Shown: positions 6,473 through 16,105 of the stretch, one piece after another
Layout of the letters: every line of letters starts with the position of its first letter
How positions within the stretch are numbered: the first letter of the stretch is position 1
Source of the DNA: a virus
Lineage: Duplodnaviria; Caudoviricetes
Virus record (IMG/VR): IMGVR_UViG_3300025828_000030
Span: 1 to 55,951 of that record
Length of the DNA stretch: 55,951 bases
Strand: one strand, 5' to 3'
Notes under the pieces: model-generated
What the model was told of the DNA's origin: nothing
Seen by the model: the letters and a program-made list of their open reading frames with translations, nothing else
The model's database searches: none
Position numbers and translations under genes: made by a program

Positions 6473-9169
6473 TTATGTTGTTGTATAAGTTCCTGCAATA
6501 TTAATATAGTTATCATTAGCACCAGTTTGTGCATCTGCAACTGCTATTGTTGTTGTGCCATCTCTATACAAATTAATATATGCTGATGTTTCATGTACTC
6601 TAGCTGAAGTAGGGTTGTTAGCAGCATTCCAATTTGAACCAAATGTTACAGAAACAGCAGTATATTGGTCAGTTCCTGCTCCTGATACAGTAGCGGGTGT
6701 AAAAGGTAATCCACCAATTACAACTCCACCTGAAGCTGAACCTGCTGTAATTGCATCTGTAACTACTGTTAATTGAAAATGCACTAAACGACCAACTTTA
6801 GTATAAGAACCACCTGTTCTTGCATCATAAGTAACGCTTGTAAAATCTGTACCATCAGTTGTTAATGTAGGAGTAAAACTACCTTCTTCATAATCGTCAA
6901 GAACATTACCACTTGCATAAGCATCAAATTTAATGCCTAAACCTGCACCCATTTTAATGCCGTCACCATCAGTGCTGAATCTTGAAGATGTTATATCGCC
7001 TGAAAGGTAGAGGTCTTTAAATCTAACACCTGAATTTCCTAAATCAACTGCTGCATCTCTACTAGCACCTGTTGTACTATTCCAAGGAGTAATATTATCT
7101 AAATCACCTGCAATTAAAAGACCAGCATCACCGCTTCCTATATTTAATCTTGAGCTATTAGTACCAATACTTCCAACTGTTGTGCCGTCTTTGCGGAAAT
7201 CTACAATAGTTCCATCGCCATTTTGTCTGTTGAGATACATTAAAGTTCTGTTGTTTGCAGAAAATTGAGATTCTCCTGTAGGCTCAAATACCATTCCATA
7301 TTCATCAGAACTATCATTATATAAAGTTGTATCAGTAGTACCCACCAACAAGTTGCCTGATGAGTCTATTCTCATGGCTTCATCTGTGTCTACAAAAAAT
7401 TGCATACTAGAACCACCTTGAGCATTACCACCATCAGCTCTTATTTGCAAAACTCCGTTAGCACTAACAAACTGTGAATATGTTGAAGGAGATGAAGAAT
7501 CAGTCATACGGAAATTACAAGTACCATTTTCACTAACTTGAAGATTTACACCAGGATTACTCGTTCCAATTCCAACGTTGCCTGATGAGTCTATGGTCAT
7601 GCGGTCTACGGCAGCATTAGAATCTCTGAAAGCTAACGCTGTTGAGCCTGTAGTATGTCCTCTAAATCCAATCGTGGCTTTCGTATCTTTCTCAATACGT
7701 ATATCGCCATTTTCAATATGAAGTTTTGCAACAGGCGAATCAGTTCCAATTCCAACGTTTCCTGATGAGTCTATACGCATGTGTTCTGAAGTACCGTCTC
7801 CAAAAGCTAGTTGTTCACCAAAGAATGTATTTAATTGCCATGTTGGATTTGCAACACTTAAATCAGAACATACAATTTGAAAGCCACCACCTCCGCCTGA
7901 TGATGTTCTAAAAAGCGATTGATTAGTACCAGAGCTTCCACCTGCTACATGTAAAGGAACACTAGGACTAGTCGTTCCGATTCCAAGCGATTCAGCACTA
8001 GCATCCCAGTATAGAGCTTGAGTTGTGCCTGTATCTTCGTAGAAGGAGATGTCTCCGTTTTGAGCAACTTTTAAATGATTAACACCATCGGTCGCTAAAT
8101 ATAAGTCAGCCGTGTCAATAGCTTTAGCATCTATAGTAAATGCGGCGGCAGAAGCTGCGCTGTTTCCACCACTTAATTTATATGAGCCTGTGCCTAATGT
8201 TCTAAAAGAAACACCTCTAGTGGCACTTCCTAAATCTGTATCACCATCAACAAAAAGCCCATCAAAAGTTGGAGTTCCTGCAACGTTTAAACCTGTAAGC
8301 GTACCAACACTTGTAATATTAGGTTGAGCTGCTGTAGCTAGTGTACCTGTTATGTTTCCTGAAGATTGTATAGTACCTGTAATGTTTATGTTACCTGTAC
8401 CTGTTATATCGCTTGAACTTAAACTTATATCTGTACCACCTGTAGTGTTACCATTAGCAAGGATCTCGGCTAATGTATCTACTGTTCCTACCTGGCTATC
8501 TACATAGGCTTTGATGGATTCAGAAGTAGCAACTGTTGTAGCTGATGCTGTACCAAATGTATCGTCATCAATAAAGTTTGCAATATTAATGCTGCCATCT
8601 GATAAAGTACCAAAAGTAACTGTGCCTGTTGTTGTAATAGCTGATGAGCCATTATCTATAGATCCAAAACCTGATGTAATTGATCCACCATTCAATGCAC
8701 CTACGCTTGTTATGTTGGTTTGTGCAGGATCTGTAACTTTTAAATTGATAAAAGCATCTACAATAGCCGCACCTGAACCTGCTCCGTCTGAATAAACTAC
8801 TTTTACGTCCCCGTTAGGTATAGTTACGTTTGACCCGCTACCCTGGGATATATTAATTGATTGAGATCCAGATGTTGCATTTTCTATAATCCAGATTTTT
8901 GATACGGTATTAGGTGCAATAGTAAGAGTTCTGGTTGCTGTTAAACTAGCACCAGAAGTTACTTTTAAATATAAACTTCTAGCTGGATCCGTTGCACCGT
9001 CAGCTATAGTTGTTGTTGCATCTGCATCTGAGCTGAATGAAGCCTCAGTACCGTAACTAAATGCTTCTGCTATTAACTCTAAATTTGTGTTTGTAGATGC
9101 CCCCCAAGTTCCTGACTCGTCGCCTGTGGCTATTTCTTTTAACCTTAAATCATTTACGTATGTTGCCAT
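6473..9169 (-). CDS. Tail fibre protein
   Basis: 898 aa, G/S/T-rich; N-terminal TGDESGTWG..TNTNLELI; repeated RIDSSGNVGIGT; C-terminal LDDYEEGSFTP..YTKVGRLV domain. Confidence 0.9.
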   Translation of the reverse strand: MATYVNDLRLKEIATGDESGTWGASTNTNLELIAEAFSYGTEASFSSDADATTTIADGATDPARSLYLKVTSGASLTATRTLTIAPNTVSKIWIIENATSGSQSINISQGSGSNVTIPNGDVKVVYSDGAGSGAAIVDAFINLKVTDPAQTNITSVGALNGGSITSGFGSIDNGSSAITTTGTVTFGTLSDGSINIANFIDDDTFGTASATTVATSESIKAYVDSQVGTVDTLAEILANGNTTGGTDISLSSSDITGTGNINITGTIQSSGNITGTLATAAQPNITSVGTLTGLNVAGTPTFDGLFVDGDTDLGSATRGVSFRTLGTGSYKLSGGNSAASAAAFTIDAKAIDTADLYLATDGVNHLKVAQNGDISFYEDTGTTQALYWDASAESLGIGTTSPSVPLHVAGGSSGTNQSLFRTSSGGGGGFQIVCSDLSVANPTWQLNTFFGEQLAFGDGTSEHMRIDSSGNVGIGTDSPVAKLHIENGDIRIEKDTKATIGFRGHTTGSTALAFRDSNAAVDRMTIDSSGNVGIGTSNPGVNLQVSENGTCNFRMTDSSSPSTYSQFVSANGVLQIRADGGNAQGGSSMQFFVDTDEAMRIDSSGNLLVGTTDTTLYNDSSDEYGMVFEPTGESQFSANNRTLMYLNRQNGDGTIVDFRKDGTTVGSIGTNSSRLNIGSGDAGLLIAGDLDNITPWNSTTGASRDAAVDLGNSGVRFKDLYLSGDITSSRFSTDGDGIKMGAGLGIKFDAYASGNVLDDYEEGSFTPTLTTDGTDFTSVTYDARTGGSYTKVGRLVHFQLTVVTDAITAGSASGGVVIGGLPFTPATVSGAGTDQYTAVSVTFGSNWNAANNPTSARVHETSAYINLYRDGTTTIAVADAQTGANDNYINIAGTYTTT

Positions 9170-9172
9170 ATT

Positions 9173-10132
9173 TTATGCTACCTCTTCCCAGTTTGGGGTC
9201 TGTGTTTCATTGTTTTCAGCAAAGGATGAACTTTGGTCAGTATTTATATTAGCATAATTTTTAGTTTGTGTTTTATTAATATCGCTAAAACCACTAGTTT
9301 GATCGTCTGTAATATTAGTGTAACTCCTGGTTTGTTTGTCATCTACTAGAGACCATATTAATACACTTCCAACCGATCCTGTGCTTTCTACTCCTATTGG
9401 TGATACGTTTGCTTTAGCTATTGTTGATGTTTCTCCAACTGATCCTGTTGCTGATTGACCTGAAATAGAGAAGGTAACTCCAAGAGCAACATTTACAGAA
9501 CCTATAGCACTTGTTCCGGCAACACCTGCAAGCGTTATATTTCCAACACCAGTAGGAGTTATGGTTCCAACAGATCCGGTTGCTTCTTGGCCTGTAGGAG
9601 TTACATTGGCTTTTGCTATAGTTGTAACGCTACCAACAGCACTTGTAGAAGAAAGACCAGTAACATTAACAACTTCATTGTGATGAACTATTACAGATCC
9701 TACGCTAGCTGTTGAACTTAAGCCTGCTACAGGAACATTAGCTTCACCATCTACATCAACTGATACAGCTCCAACAGTGCCTATTGCACCTTGTATTGTT
9801 GCTATTGCTTGAGCATTTACACCTACTACAGGTGCATTGGTTGTGCCGACTAGAGATGCTGGAGTAACATTAGCTTTAGCAACTGTAGAAAGTGTGCCTA
9901 AAGCACTTGTTGCAACTTGAGATGCTAGTGTTTGATTTGCCTTTGCTACAACTGATAGTGTGCCAAGAGCACTTGTAGCTGATTGTCCTGTTAGTGTTAC
10001 ATTAGCTTCTGCGTCTGTAGATACAGATCCTAAAGCACTTGTGGCTGCTAATCCTGATAATGTGACAGATACGGCATCAGAAGACCAACCTTCTGATCCC
10101 CAGGCACCACGACCCCATCCTGCATCAGGCAT
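9173..10132 (-). CDS. Repetitive virion structural protein
   Basis: GWGRGAWG N-terminus and ~24-aa repeats (ATSALGT..AKANVT). Confidence 0.65.
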   Translation of the reverse strand: MPDAGWGRGAWGSEGWSSDAVSVTLSGLAATSALGSVSTDAEANVTLTGQSATSALGTLSVVAKANQTLASQVATSALGTLSTVAKANVTPASLVGTTNAPVVGVNAQAIATIQGAIGTVGAVSVDVDGEANVPVAGLSSTASVGSVIVHHNEVVNVTGLSSTSAVGSVTTIAKANVTPTGQEATGSVGTITPTGVGNITLAGVAGTSAIGSVNVALGVTFSISGQSATGSVGETSTIAKANVSPIGVESTGSVGSVLIWSLVDDKQTRSYTNITDDQTSGFSDINKTQTKNYANINTDQSSSFAENNETQTPNWEEVA

Positions 10133-10136
10133 AAGC

Positions 10137-10565
10137 CTAAGCTATTCTTATAATAGCTGTAGCTGCTGCGGCTGCTGGAAAAACTATAGTAAAGTCACCT
10201 GCTGTAGAAGTTTTATCTCCTCCAAAGTCTATTGTTGCAACAGAAGCATTAGTTGCAGATGAGTTATAGATCATACAACCTCTAGCTGTAATAGTAGCTG
10301 TACCAAAAGTTAAATCAGCAAAGTCTGTAAAACCTGTTGTACCACTTGATGTTGGATCTACTCTTGTTAGAGCGTTTCCACCTGAAGTGTAATTTGTACC
10401 ACTTGCTTGTCCTGTAGTAGTAAATGCTGTTGTAGTAGCACCTAGGGTAGCCGAACTTGTATACAAAGCTAATTTAAAAGTACCGCCTCCAGAGTTTTTG
10501 AAGTTATGAACTCCTTCTAAAAGCTGTTTTTTAAAGCTAGTTGTTAGTGTTGATGTTATAGCCAT
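10137..10565 (-). CDS. Virion structural protein (tail-associated)
   Basis: SFKKQLLEGVHNF..FKLALYTSSATL; late-operon context. Confidence 0.65.
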   Translation of the reverse strand: MAITSTLTTSFKKQLLEGVHNFKNSGGGTFKLALYTSSATLGATTTAFTTTGQASGTNYTSGGNALTRVDPTSSGTTGFTDFADLTFGTATITARGCMIYNSSATNASVATIDFGGDKTSTAGDFTIVFPAAAAATAIIRIA

Positions 10566-10566
10566 A

Positions 10567-10866
10567 TTATATCCTTTTTATTATATCAGCTAACTCAGCA
10601 TCACCAGATTTAACTAATTCTTGTACAAGAGTAGCTTTATAGGATTTTAACGCATTATTTATATAAATCAAACAAACCTTATAAATAAGTTCTTTATAGG
10701 CTCTAGCCTGCTCTTGTATATATGGATCGCTAGAGTCAGAAGAACTTACAATTTTTTCAGTAAGTCTCTCTGCCCAAAACTCAGGTGGGTGGCCGCCAAA
10801 ATTGGTAGTTTTAGCTTCTATAAGACCTAACCCAGGCATACCAGCTGGTGTTATTTCATCTACCAT
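10567..10866 (-). CDS. Hypothetical protein
   Basis: 99 aa, coupled to neighbours; GGHPPEFWAE motif. Confidence 0.65.
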   Translation of the reverse strand: MVDEITPAGMPGLGLIEAKTTNFGGHPPEFWAERLTEKIVSSSDSSDPYIQEQARAYKELIYKVCLIYINNALKSYKATLVQELVKSGDAELADIIKRI

Positions 10867-11591
10867 TTTTTAGGTTCTACTGGTTTTAGGTGTGTATCGT
10901 GCCTATCAATTAGTACAGGTTCTTGTGTTTTTTTAACTATTTCAAGGTCATTTATTCTTTCTAGTTTAATACCCTCTTCATCGACTAAAATGATATATGG
11001 GTTTTTTAACCTGTGATAACCGTAAAGCTTTTGTTCTGCTGGAACATCTGTATCTAGCAAACCTGAGGTATGTGCTACCTCTACTTGCATACCTGCTGAT
11101 ATGCATTTAGATAGCCAAAACTCTACACAACCTCTACCTGCTTCAGCAAAATGTAAGTTGCCCTTGTAAGAAAAATCAACACCAAACATTTTAATATTTG
11201 CTACTTCATTCCAATAAGCAAAAGCTACAGCATAAGCCACAGTGTTATTTAGATAATGACAGTTTGAGTAATTAACCACTTCTTCTAGTGGATACTCAAC
11301 TAATCCTGGACATCTATCATCAAGCTCACAGGTGTATATTGGACCTGGATGTTCTTGTAACATTTTTTTCATGCTTTCTGTTTGACCACCAGCATCATCA
11401 GTATCTAAGAACCTGGATGCAGGATCCATCATAAACACTCTGTCGTGATAGATTACAGAACCAACACCATTAATTACCCAAACTTCATCAAAGTGGACTC
11501 CGTGTGATTTTGCAAGATTATAATCAAACCAGCTTTTACCCATGCCAACGATGGCAACTGATTTACCTTTCAGACTTTCAATTTTTTCCAT
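10860..11591 (-). CDS. Putative glycosyltransferase-like protein (sialyltransferase/Maf-like Rossmann fold)
   Basis: VAIVGMGKS, DEVWVIN, TVAYAVAFA and MFGVDFSY pattern. Confidence 0.5.
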   Translation of the reverse strand: MEKIESLKGKSVAIVGMGKSWFDYNLAKSHGVHFDEVWVINGVGSVIYHDRVFMMDPASRFLDTDDAGGQTESMKKMLQEHPGPIYTCELDDRCPGLVEYPLEEVVNYSNCHYLNNTVAYAVAFAYWNEVANIKMFGVDFSYKGNLHFAEAGRGCVEFWLSKCISAGMQVEVAHTSGLLDTDVPAEQKLYGYHRLKNPYIILVDEEGIKLERINDLEIVKKTQEPVLIDRHDTHLKPVEPKKW

Positions 11592-11598
11592 GTATTTT

Positions 11599-12273
11599 TT
11601 ACGATACCGTTGACCTCAAAGAATCGTAACGGTATTCATCCCTCCTTCCGCGAGCTTCTGCAAGATTTTTCAATCTAGTTATTTCTAGTAAAAAGCGTTG
11701 CTCGTATTGCTGTTGCATATCGCTTTCACCCTTTAAAAATATATTAGCTTCCACTAATGAACCATATAATAAAGCATTTCTAGCGTTTTGTGAAAGCCAG
11801 GTTCCTGTAGTGTCAGTAACTAATGAATTTGGTTTGTAAAGATAATGTAATTCTACACTATAATCTTGATCTGGTACTGGGCTTACAATAAGCGTAGAAC
11901 CATTGTCAGACGCTGTAGAGAGTTCTTTATCAAAGTCTGCGTAATACAATGGTCTACCTCTTTCAGTAGCGTCTGTAGGGTCTACGGAGTATTCACGCAT
12001 AAAAGTAGTGTGTTTTTTGTCTAAATAATGATAATCACCATTACTATCAATAACAGCTAAAGAAAAAGACATTTGAAAGTCTGTTGGTGCTGTTAGATAA
12101 GTATTACCAGCAGTTAAAGAACCGGATACATTCTTACGGAAATAATCAAGCTGTATCAGTTCAAATATACGATCTTCAGCATTTTTAATAAAATCATCAA
12201 GAGTATTTACAAATGTAGTCTCTGAGTTCTCTACATAGTTTTGTATTAGTGTTTTTAACTCTGCTAATGTCAT
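11599..12273 (-). CDS. Head-tail adaptor protein
   Basis: LKTLIQNY..FIKNAEDRI, GRPLYYA, PVPDQDYSVELHY, ALLYGSLVEA; podovirus adaptor pattern. Confidence 0.75.
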   Translation of the reverse strand: MTLAELKTLIQNYVENSETTFVNTLDDFIKNAEDRIFELIQLDYFRKNVSGSLTAGNTYLTAPTDFQMSFSLAVIDSNGDYHYLDKKHTTFMREYSVDPTDATERGRPLYYADFDKELSTASDNGSTLIVSPVPDQDYSVELHYLYKPNSLVTDTTGTWLSQNARNALLYGSLVEANIFLKGESDMQQQYEQRFLLEITRLKNLAEARGRRDEYRYDSLRSTVS

Positions 12274-12608
12274 GTAACTATTGTAACCTCACCTAGTTCA
12301 CCTGTCATCTTAGCAACTGTGAAGTTAGCAGGTAATGTTGCTGGATTCATAAAGTCTGGTTTGAATATATTAGAATTTACCACAACTACAAAACCTTCAC
12401 CTTCTTCCTGGTCGTTATTAGGTCTTGGTTTATATAACGCCTCTGGATCTGCTGTAGCTGTAAGTGGTTCTAATTGTGGATGTTTGGGTTCGTAGCACTC
12501 TGAACAAACTTTAGCACCATTCCATTCTTCTCTTAGTTCACTTAGTTTGTATTCAAACGCACATCTATCGCATAGAGCTCGTGCAAATTTACCAAGAGCG
12601 TATGCCAT
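12270..12608 (-). CDS. Zn-binding structural-module protein
   Basis: CDRC...CSEC followed by EPKHPQL. Confidence 0.65.
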   Translation of the reverse strand: MAYALGKFARALCDRCAFEYKLSELREEWNGAKVCSECYEPKHPQLEPLTATADPEALYKPRPNNDQEEGEGFVVVVNSNIFKPDFMNPATLPANFTVAKMTGELGEVTIVT

Positions 12609-12609
12609 A

Positions 12610-13281
12610 CTATCTCATCCTTATATCTGGTCTAACCCTAAATGAAGCTCTGTCTTCATCTTGATCAGCAGCTCTACGGAACTCTTCTTCGTACATAGCT
12701 TTGAGTTGTGGCGTTAATTGTGGATTTTTCTTTAGTGATAAGTAATAAGCCAACCCTGCTACAAAACAAGGATAAAACCTAAATGGCATATCCATAGTAT
12801 TAGTTGCTTTGTCTGCATCATCCATTCTTACTAATTTATTAAACACTAATACATCAGTGCTGTTTTCAGGTGCAGGCCAGACCTTTAGAGCTGGTGTTGT
12901 TAATTTATCAAAGAAGAATTGTGATGGCCTGGCCTTTGTTTCTTTGTTTGGTATGTTGATATATTCAGATCTACTAATACGATTCATGCTTATATCAGTT
13001 TGTGTTTGGTTTACAGTTCTGCGTAAAACTACATCTAAGACATCAATAACATTAGAATTTAAAGAATAACTAGAAGTGCCTTCAGTAACAGTCTGTGTTG
13101 CTTGTTCTATTGTCCACTGGTTTAAACCACGATTAGCCCATTCAGCCAACATTAGATTTATAGACCTACGAGCTGTTTTTAAATCATAACCAGTTCTAAG
13201 TTCTAGTCCGCATCTTTCAAATGCTTCTTCTATAAACTCAGCTACATTTGGTTCAAAATCTGTGCTTCCTGATAATGCCAT
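12610..13281 (-). CDS. Head-tail connector/adaptor-like protein
   Basis: IEEAFERCG..ARRSINLMLAEWANRGLN, RPSQFFF, VWPAP, GLAYYLS. Confidence 0.7.
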   Translation of the reverse strand: MALSGSTDFEPNVAEFIEEAFERCGLELRTGYDLKTARRSINLMLAEWANRGLNQWTIEQATQTVTEGTSSYSLNSNVIDVLDVVLRRTVNQTQTDISMNRISRSEYINIPNKETKARPSQFFFDKLTTPALKVWPAPENSTDVLVFNKLVRMDDADKATNTMDMPFRFYPCFVAGLAYYLSLKKNPQLTPQLKAMYEEEFRRAADQDEDRASFRVRPDIRMR

Positions 13282-13956
13282 TTATTCCTCGTATAGGTTA
13301 TTAAATGTAATTGCAGGGTCTAAATAGCTTTCATGACCTTCAGCAGAATGAACCCATTGTGAGGGTTTAAAGTCTGGAGGTCCTTCGCCTGTAACCCACA
13401 AAGCAGGACTTGTAGCCCTTACTCTGTTGTTTGGTAAAGCAACTAAGTTGCCTTTCCATTTACAATCTTCTGTTATATATAATACATGAGATTGCTTGTG
13501 TTGTGCAGAATCATCTGCAATATGTGAATTTGTATAGTCTACAGTAAATAAATATTTAGCTTTGTAAAAGTCAGAACCTATCTTTGCTAACCATGGTGAA
13601 GAACTAACTCTATCCATAACAACTACTGAATGATCTCTTGATTCACAATCCCAGGGTTGTACTAAATGATCTTCCATGGGTTGTGGGTAATCCTCCATAG
13701 GAATATCGGCTACAAGACCTTGTATAGGCATCCTAGCCCACATTGCACCACCATGTATATTACCTTCGTCCCAGTCTTCGCAGTTAGCTTCTTCGCCTGT
13801 AAAAACCACTTGAAAGCTTAGAGATCTATCAGGAATTGTATTTACAGCAATAGCTAACGCGTGCAAATATTCGTCATGATAGTTTTCGTGATTGTTAGTA
13901 AATTCCCTTCTCACCCAACATTTAAAATGGGGAATATTACTTATAAGATAAGCCAC
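13282..13956 (-). CDS. Conserved phage protein
   Basis: 224 aa; GAMWARMPI, QPWDC, LVALPNNRV. Confidence 0.7.
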   Translation of the reverse strand: MAYLISNIPHFKCWVRREFTNNHENYHDEYLHALAIAVNTIPDRSLSFQVVFTGEEANCEDWDEGNIHGGAMWARMPIQGLVADIPMEDYPQPMEDHLVQPWDCESRDHSVVVMDRVSSSPWLAKIGSDFYKAKYLFTVDYTNSHIADDSAQHKQSHVLYITEDCKWKGNLVALPNNRVRATSPALWVTGEGPPDFKPSQWVHSAEGHESYLDPAITFNNLYEE

Positions 13957-13959
13957 TGG

Positions 13960-14115
13960 CTAACTATTATTCTGTCTTCTTCTGTTTGCGTTTCCAGCTA
14001 TTACAGATCCACCTTTAGACATTCTCATGATGCTTCCACCTTTTGATTTTCTCATAATGCTTCCGCCTTTAGACTTTTTCATCACTGAACTGCCTTTGCT
14101 ATTTTTATAACCCAT
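13960..14115 (-). CDS. Small basic SKGG-repeat protein (51 aa)
   Basis: Manual translation MGYKNSKGSSVMKKSKGGSIMRKSKGGSIMRMSKGGSVIAGNANRRRQNNS; AGGAG RBS. Confidence 0.8.
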   Translation of the reverse strand: MGYKNSKGSSVMKKSKGGSIMRKSKGGSIMRMSKGGSVIAGNANRRRQNNS

Positions 14116-14124
14116 TATATTCTC

Positions 14125-14526
14125 CTAGCTAATTGTAGTTACTTTTCTACGGTTATTCATAACTTTACCACAGCCTTTAGCTATAAAACCACCGTTTTCC
14201 TTTTTGACTCTATTTTGTTTTGCCATAGCTTTCTCTATAGCTCTGCCTCTAGCCTCTTCGTATGAAGATAACTTGCCGTCTTTGTTTAAGTCTGCTTTGT
14301 TTTTATTCATAGGTCCTCCTCTGGACTTTTTTTCCCAACTAATTCTACCAGGACCTTTTTTCTTTTTTTTAGCATCTGTACATTGTGCTTTTGTAGGCCT
14401 GCAAGCCGGATATGGTCTTTTTGATTTTGTTGCTGATTTTCTGCCACATGGTTTGCCAGTTTTACAATCAATCCATCCTTTGCCTTTATTGCGTGAAAAC
14501 CATTTTTTTAACCCTTCTTCAGCCAT
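14125..14526 (-). CDS. Basic protein with EF-hand-like loop
   Basis: K/R-rich; WIDCKTGKPCGR, YPACRP; DLNKDGKLSSYE loop. Confidence 0.75.
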   Translation of the reverse strand: MAEEGLKKWFSRNKGKGWIDCKTGKPCGRKSATKSKRPYPACRPTKAQCTDAKKKKKGPGRISWEKKSRGGPMNKNKADLNKDGKLSSYEEARGRAIEKAMAKQNRVKKENGGFIAKGCGKVMNNRRKVTTIS

Positions 14527-14741
14527 TATCTTAATCTGTTTGACATAACAGCACCTTGTCCTCTAACAGTAACAAAGCCACCGTTTGCTTTTTTTTGTCT
14601 TGATTTATTACCCCAATTTTTTGCACCAACTTTTCTACATTTAACTAAAGCACCACTTGCGTATGCAGATGGCCATTTAGTATATCTAGATTTGACTTTA
14701 TGGTAACAAGCGTCTTTTTTAGTTTTAGATTTTTTTGCCAT
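14526..14741 (-). CDS. Small basic protein
   Basis: DACYHKVKSRYTKWPSAYASGALVKCRK. Confidence 0.75.
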   Translation of the reverse strand: MAKKSKTKKDACYHKVKSRYTKWPSAYASGALVKCRKVGAKNWGNKSRQKKANGGFVTVRGQGAVMSNRLR

Positions 14742-15047
14742 TTAACACTTCCATCTTCTTCTTGCTTGTCTAATTCTTGAATTAGGATTGTTTCTTGTTT
14801 TTTTAGAGCTACGTTTAAGTTGCCCTAAAGATCTAGCACAGTAGGCTTTACGTCTTTTTGCTGCTTTAGATCCTTTTTTAACTTTACCTGTAACAGCTCC
14901 TTTAAGTTTAGAGCCAGGATTTTTTCTTCTATGTTCTTTTATGCCCTTACGGGTCATTCCCGCCCCTTTTTTAGTGGGGCGGTAATTACCACCTTTACCT
15001 GTTGTTCTGGCTATAGGTTTTTGTCTTCTGCTTCTAGTAGTAGCCAT
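14742..15047 (-). CDS. Small basic protein (DUF6321-like)
   Basis: GAGMT..NPGSKL..RRKAYCARS..SRIRQARRRWKC. Confidence 0.7.
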   Translation of the reverse strand: MATTRSRRQKPIARTTGKGGNYRPTKKGAGMTRKGIKEHRRKNPGSKLKGAVTGKVKKGSKAAKRRKAYCARSLGQLKRSSKKTRNNPNSRIRQARRRWKC

Positions 15048-15050
15048 TCA

Positions 15051-15452
15051 TTAATAGTTTTTATTCAAAACTAAAATAATAGAGTATGTGTCTCCGCTTG
15101 AATGTCCCACAGTCGTAAAGTCAATATCACCAGTAACACCTGAACCAGCATTATTAGGTATAGCACTAAATAAATCATAATACTCATCACCTGTGCTATC
15201 TGATGGTAAACCAGTTAATAACACGTTAGATGTAGCATCAAATTCAATATTTACACCCATACCTCTTGTAGCCCAGTATATTCTAGCAACAGAAACAGAA
15301 GTACAAGACTCTCCTGCACTATTTGGTGTTAGTGCAGAAACGTCTACCTTTTTTACAGCCGATTCACCTGTACCATCAGATACATTGGTGAACTTCATAA
15401 CAGCAACTCTTTCACCGTCTTGAATTGTTTGTGATGTTACTGCATCTGCCAT
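15051..15452 (-). CDS. Virion structural protein
   Basis: SDGTGESAVKKVDVSAL, GVTGDIDFTT; capsid module. Confidence 0.65.
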   Translation of the reverse strand: MADAVTSQTIQDGERVAVMKFTNVSDGTGESAVKKVDVSALTPNSAGESCTSVSVARIYWATRGMGVNIEFDATSNVLLTGLPSDSTGDEYYDLFSAIPNNAGSGVTGDIDFTTVGHSSGDTYSIILVLNKNY

Positions 15453-15462
15453 AATCTACTCC

Positions 15463-15972
15463 TTACGCGTCAGCGAATGGTGTTACTAAAGTTCCAGAAC
15501 CAATTAATAATGAGTTATGGACTAAGTATGTTGCTGCATCTATAGCTGTTACTTGAACAACACTACCAACTATACCGCCTTTAGTTGTGCCATTTAATGT
15601 AATGACATCATTATCTGCACTTGGTACGAAAGCTTTTTCAACACCGTCATCTACGGCTGTAAACACAGCACCTTTAAACTTGTCAGTACCATCAGTTTTA
15701 ATATCAAGATCAGTAGCTGCTGTTTCTATATAGAAATAGAAAGAAGCACCAATGTTGTTTAACTGATTTGGATCTGTTGGATCATTTGGTGTTGTTGTAA
15801 CGATTGAAGGTAAAGTAAATTTACCATCTGCATCATTACATAATAATATTTTTCCAGCATGAGCATCAACAGTTAATGTTGTGTCTGCTGTCAGACTAAC
15901 AGTGCTGTTAACACCTGCTGTAATAAATCCTGCCAATGACTTGACTGGACCTGAGAATGTCGATTTTGCCAT
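15463..15972 (-). CDS. Capsid-associated/decoration protein
   Basis: MAKSTFSGPV N-terminus; first gene after the major capsid gene. Confidence 0.6.
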   Translation of the reverse strand: MAKSTFSGPVKSLAGFITAGVNSTVSLTADTTLTVDAHAGKILLCNDADGKFTLPSIVTTTPNDPTDPNQLNNIGASFYFYIETAATDLDIKTDGTDKFKGAVFTAVDDGVEKAFVPSADNDVITLNGTTKGGIVGSVVQVTAIDAATYLVHNSLLIGSGTLVTPFADA

Positions 15973-15984
15973 AATTTCCTCCTA

Positions 15985-16056
15985 AGGAAATAAGTTCTAC
16001 CGTCTTGGCTTGTCTGCTAGGTCAGTCTGTAGAACAAGTTAATAAACCCTAGAACT
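15985..16056 (-). ncRNA. Structured RNA downstream of the major capsid gene (probably Mu-gpT-DE motif)
   Basis: Pairings GTTCTAC/GTAGAAC (15994-16000/16029-16035) and CTAGG/CCTAG (16017-16021/16048-16052) cross as a pseudoknot; core GACUGACCUAGCAGAC; lies 3' of a Mu-gpT-type capsid gene. Family name is recalled, not searched. Confidence 0.55.
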
Positions 16057-16077
16057 AAATCATATACCTTCTTTTAG

Positions 16078-16105
16078 AAAAAAGAAAGGGAGCCGAAGCT
16101 CCCTT
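16078..16105 (-). terminator. Rho-independent terminator after major capsid gene
   Basis: AAGGGAGC-TTCG-GCTCCCTT followed by TCTTTTTT on the minus strand. Confidence 0.85.

Noticed and set aside
7352-7774. Repeated CTGATGAG resembling a hammerhead ribozyme core
   Set aside because: No proper stem II/GAAA arrangement; explained by IDSSG codons on the coding strand.
6473-9169. Diversity-generating retroelement target in the tail fibre
   Set aside because: No reverse transcriptase and no template/variable repeat pair differing at adenines.
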